Virus record (IMG/VR): IMGVR_UViG_3300045988_160722
DNA length: 40,449 nucleotides
Direction: 5' to 3' (one strand)
Source: a virus
Part shown: piece after piece, positions 40,107-40,449 of the stretch
How the letters are laid out: every line of letters starts with the position of its first letter
Numbering within the stretch: position 1 is the first letter of the stretch
Notes under the pieces: generated by a model
What the model saw: the letters and a program-made list of their open reading frames with translations, nothing else
What the model was told of the DNA's origin: nothing
The model's database searches: none
Made by a program: the position numbers and the translations under genes

Positions 40107-40292
40107 ATGGCTAAAATTACAGAAGCAAGAGCTAAGGCTAATAAAAAATGGGACGAAAAAAATAAAGCTAGAAAATTATACATCAATAAACGTTCAACTG
40201 CTAAAAGCTTCATATTGAATTTAGCAACTGAAGAAGACCTAAAAAATATAAAGCAGTATATTGCTGATCGAGAAAAGCAATTAGACATCTGA
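40107..40292 (+). CDS. Small basic protein, possible ribbon-helix-helix-like DNA binder
   Basis: 61 aa. GAAGGTGG SD. AKITEARAKANKKWDEKNKARKLYINKRS resembles the N-termini of small RHH/CopG-like proteins from Firmicutes plasmids. Weak assignment. Confidence 0.5.
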   Translation: MAKITEARAKANKKWDEKNKARKLYINKRSTAKSFILNLATEEDLKNIKQYIADREKQLDI

Positions 40293-40293
40293 A

Positions 40294-40313
40294 AAAGGGA
40301 CAGAAAAGGGACA
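40294..40313 (+). promoter_or_regulatory. Tandem pair of putative integrase arm-type binding sites (right side)
   Basis: AAAGGGACA at 40294-40302 and 40305-40313, 11-bp phasing, same orientation as the 121-140 pair. Additional TAGTGGCA x2 at 40317-40324 and 40337-40344. Confidence 0.45.
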
Positions 40314-40394
40314 AACTAGTGGCAATAATTGACATTTAGTGGCATTTGATGACAACTAGTCAACATCTAAAATTGTTGATTTATCAATGGTTTT

Positions 40395-40449
40395 GCTTTA
40401 ATATCAACATTGGTGTGATTTTGTAACATTGAACCTCCTAAGAAGTGTA
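40395..40449. repeat. Right copy of perfect 55-nt terminal direct repeat (attR core candidate, or circular-contig overlap)
   Basis: Identical to 1-55. The repeat is truncated by the window edge, so its true length may be longer. Confidence 0.85.

Larger units (their letters stand above)
1..40449. mobile_element. Complete temperate siphovirus-like prophage/phage genome (lysogeny, early/replication, packaging, HK97-type head, long tail, lysis, moron)
   Basis: Canonical module order from int(-)/repressor(-)/cro(+) through terS-terL-portal-protease-capsid-tail-tape measure-Dit-Tal-RBP-holin-lysin. Identical 55 nt at both window ends. Confidence 0.9.

Noticed and set aside
40103-40288. 61-aa minus-strand ORF exactly antisense to 40107..40292
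   Set aside because: It has no SD and a low-complexity Phe/Leu/Ser-rich sequence typical of the antisense of a Lys/Glu-rich gene. The plus-strand ORF has a good SD and translational coupling.

Overview
The window is one complete, AT-rich temperate siphovirus-type prophage or phage genome of about 40.4 kb. Its gene content looks Lactobacillaceae-like, but that is inference only, with no search run. It begins and ends with an identical 55-nt sequence (1-55 = 40395-40449). Paired AAGGGACA motifs sit just inside both ends, which fits attL/attR bounding an integrated prophage. A 55-nt circular-assembly overlap cannot be excluded. Gene order, left to right: integrase (-); a small structured RNA/peptide locus resembling a type I toxin-antitoxin; an Abi_2 (AbiD/AbiF-like) abortive-infection gene (-) behind a terminator-like leader; an ImmA-like metallopeptidase plus XRE repressor (-); a genetic switch with repeated CCGA..ATATT half-sites; cro-like HTH (+); a BRO/ORF6C antirepressor; a mosaic early region of many small ORFs; a winged-helix replication initiator; an integrase N-terminal fragment; an ArpU-family late regulator; and a strong terminator. 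Then follow HNH endonuclease, P27-type small terminase, large terminase, HK97-type portal, ClpP protease, capsid, connectors, major tail protein, tail chaperone pair, a 1787-aa tape measure (NlpC/P60 and SLT domains), Dit, Tal (four SH3b-like repeats), a BppU-type receptor-binding protein (tandem knob domains), a lysis cassette (LL-H-type holin, GH25+SH3b endolysin) and an attR-proximal moron with its own consensus promoter. I saw no rRNA, no complete tRNA and no CRISPR array. Four candidates for undescribed biology stand out: (1) the type I TA-like locus at about 1495-1815; (2) three minus-strand accessory genes inside the early operon, two of them membrane-anchored, each behind a conserved leader (6668-8959) and flanked by repeated junction sequences; (3) the promoter-equipped three-small-ORF moron at 39705-40292; (4) the leader-controlled Abi gene. 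All functional assignments come from motif recollection and sequence inspection. No database search or folding computation was run.
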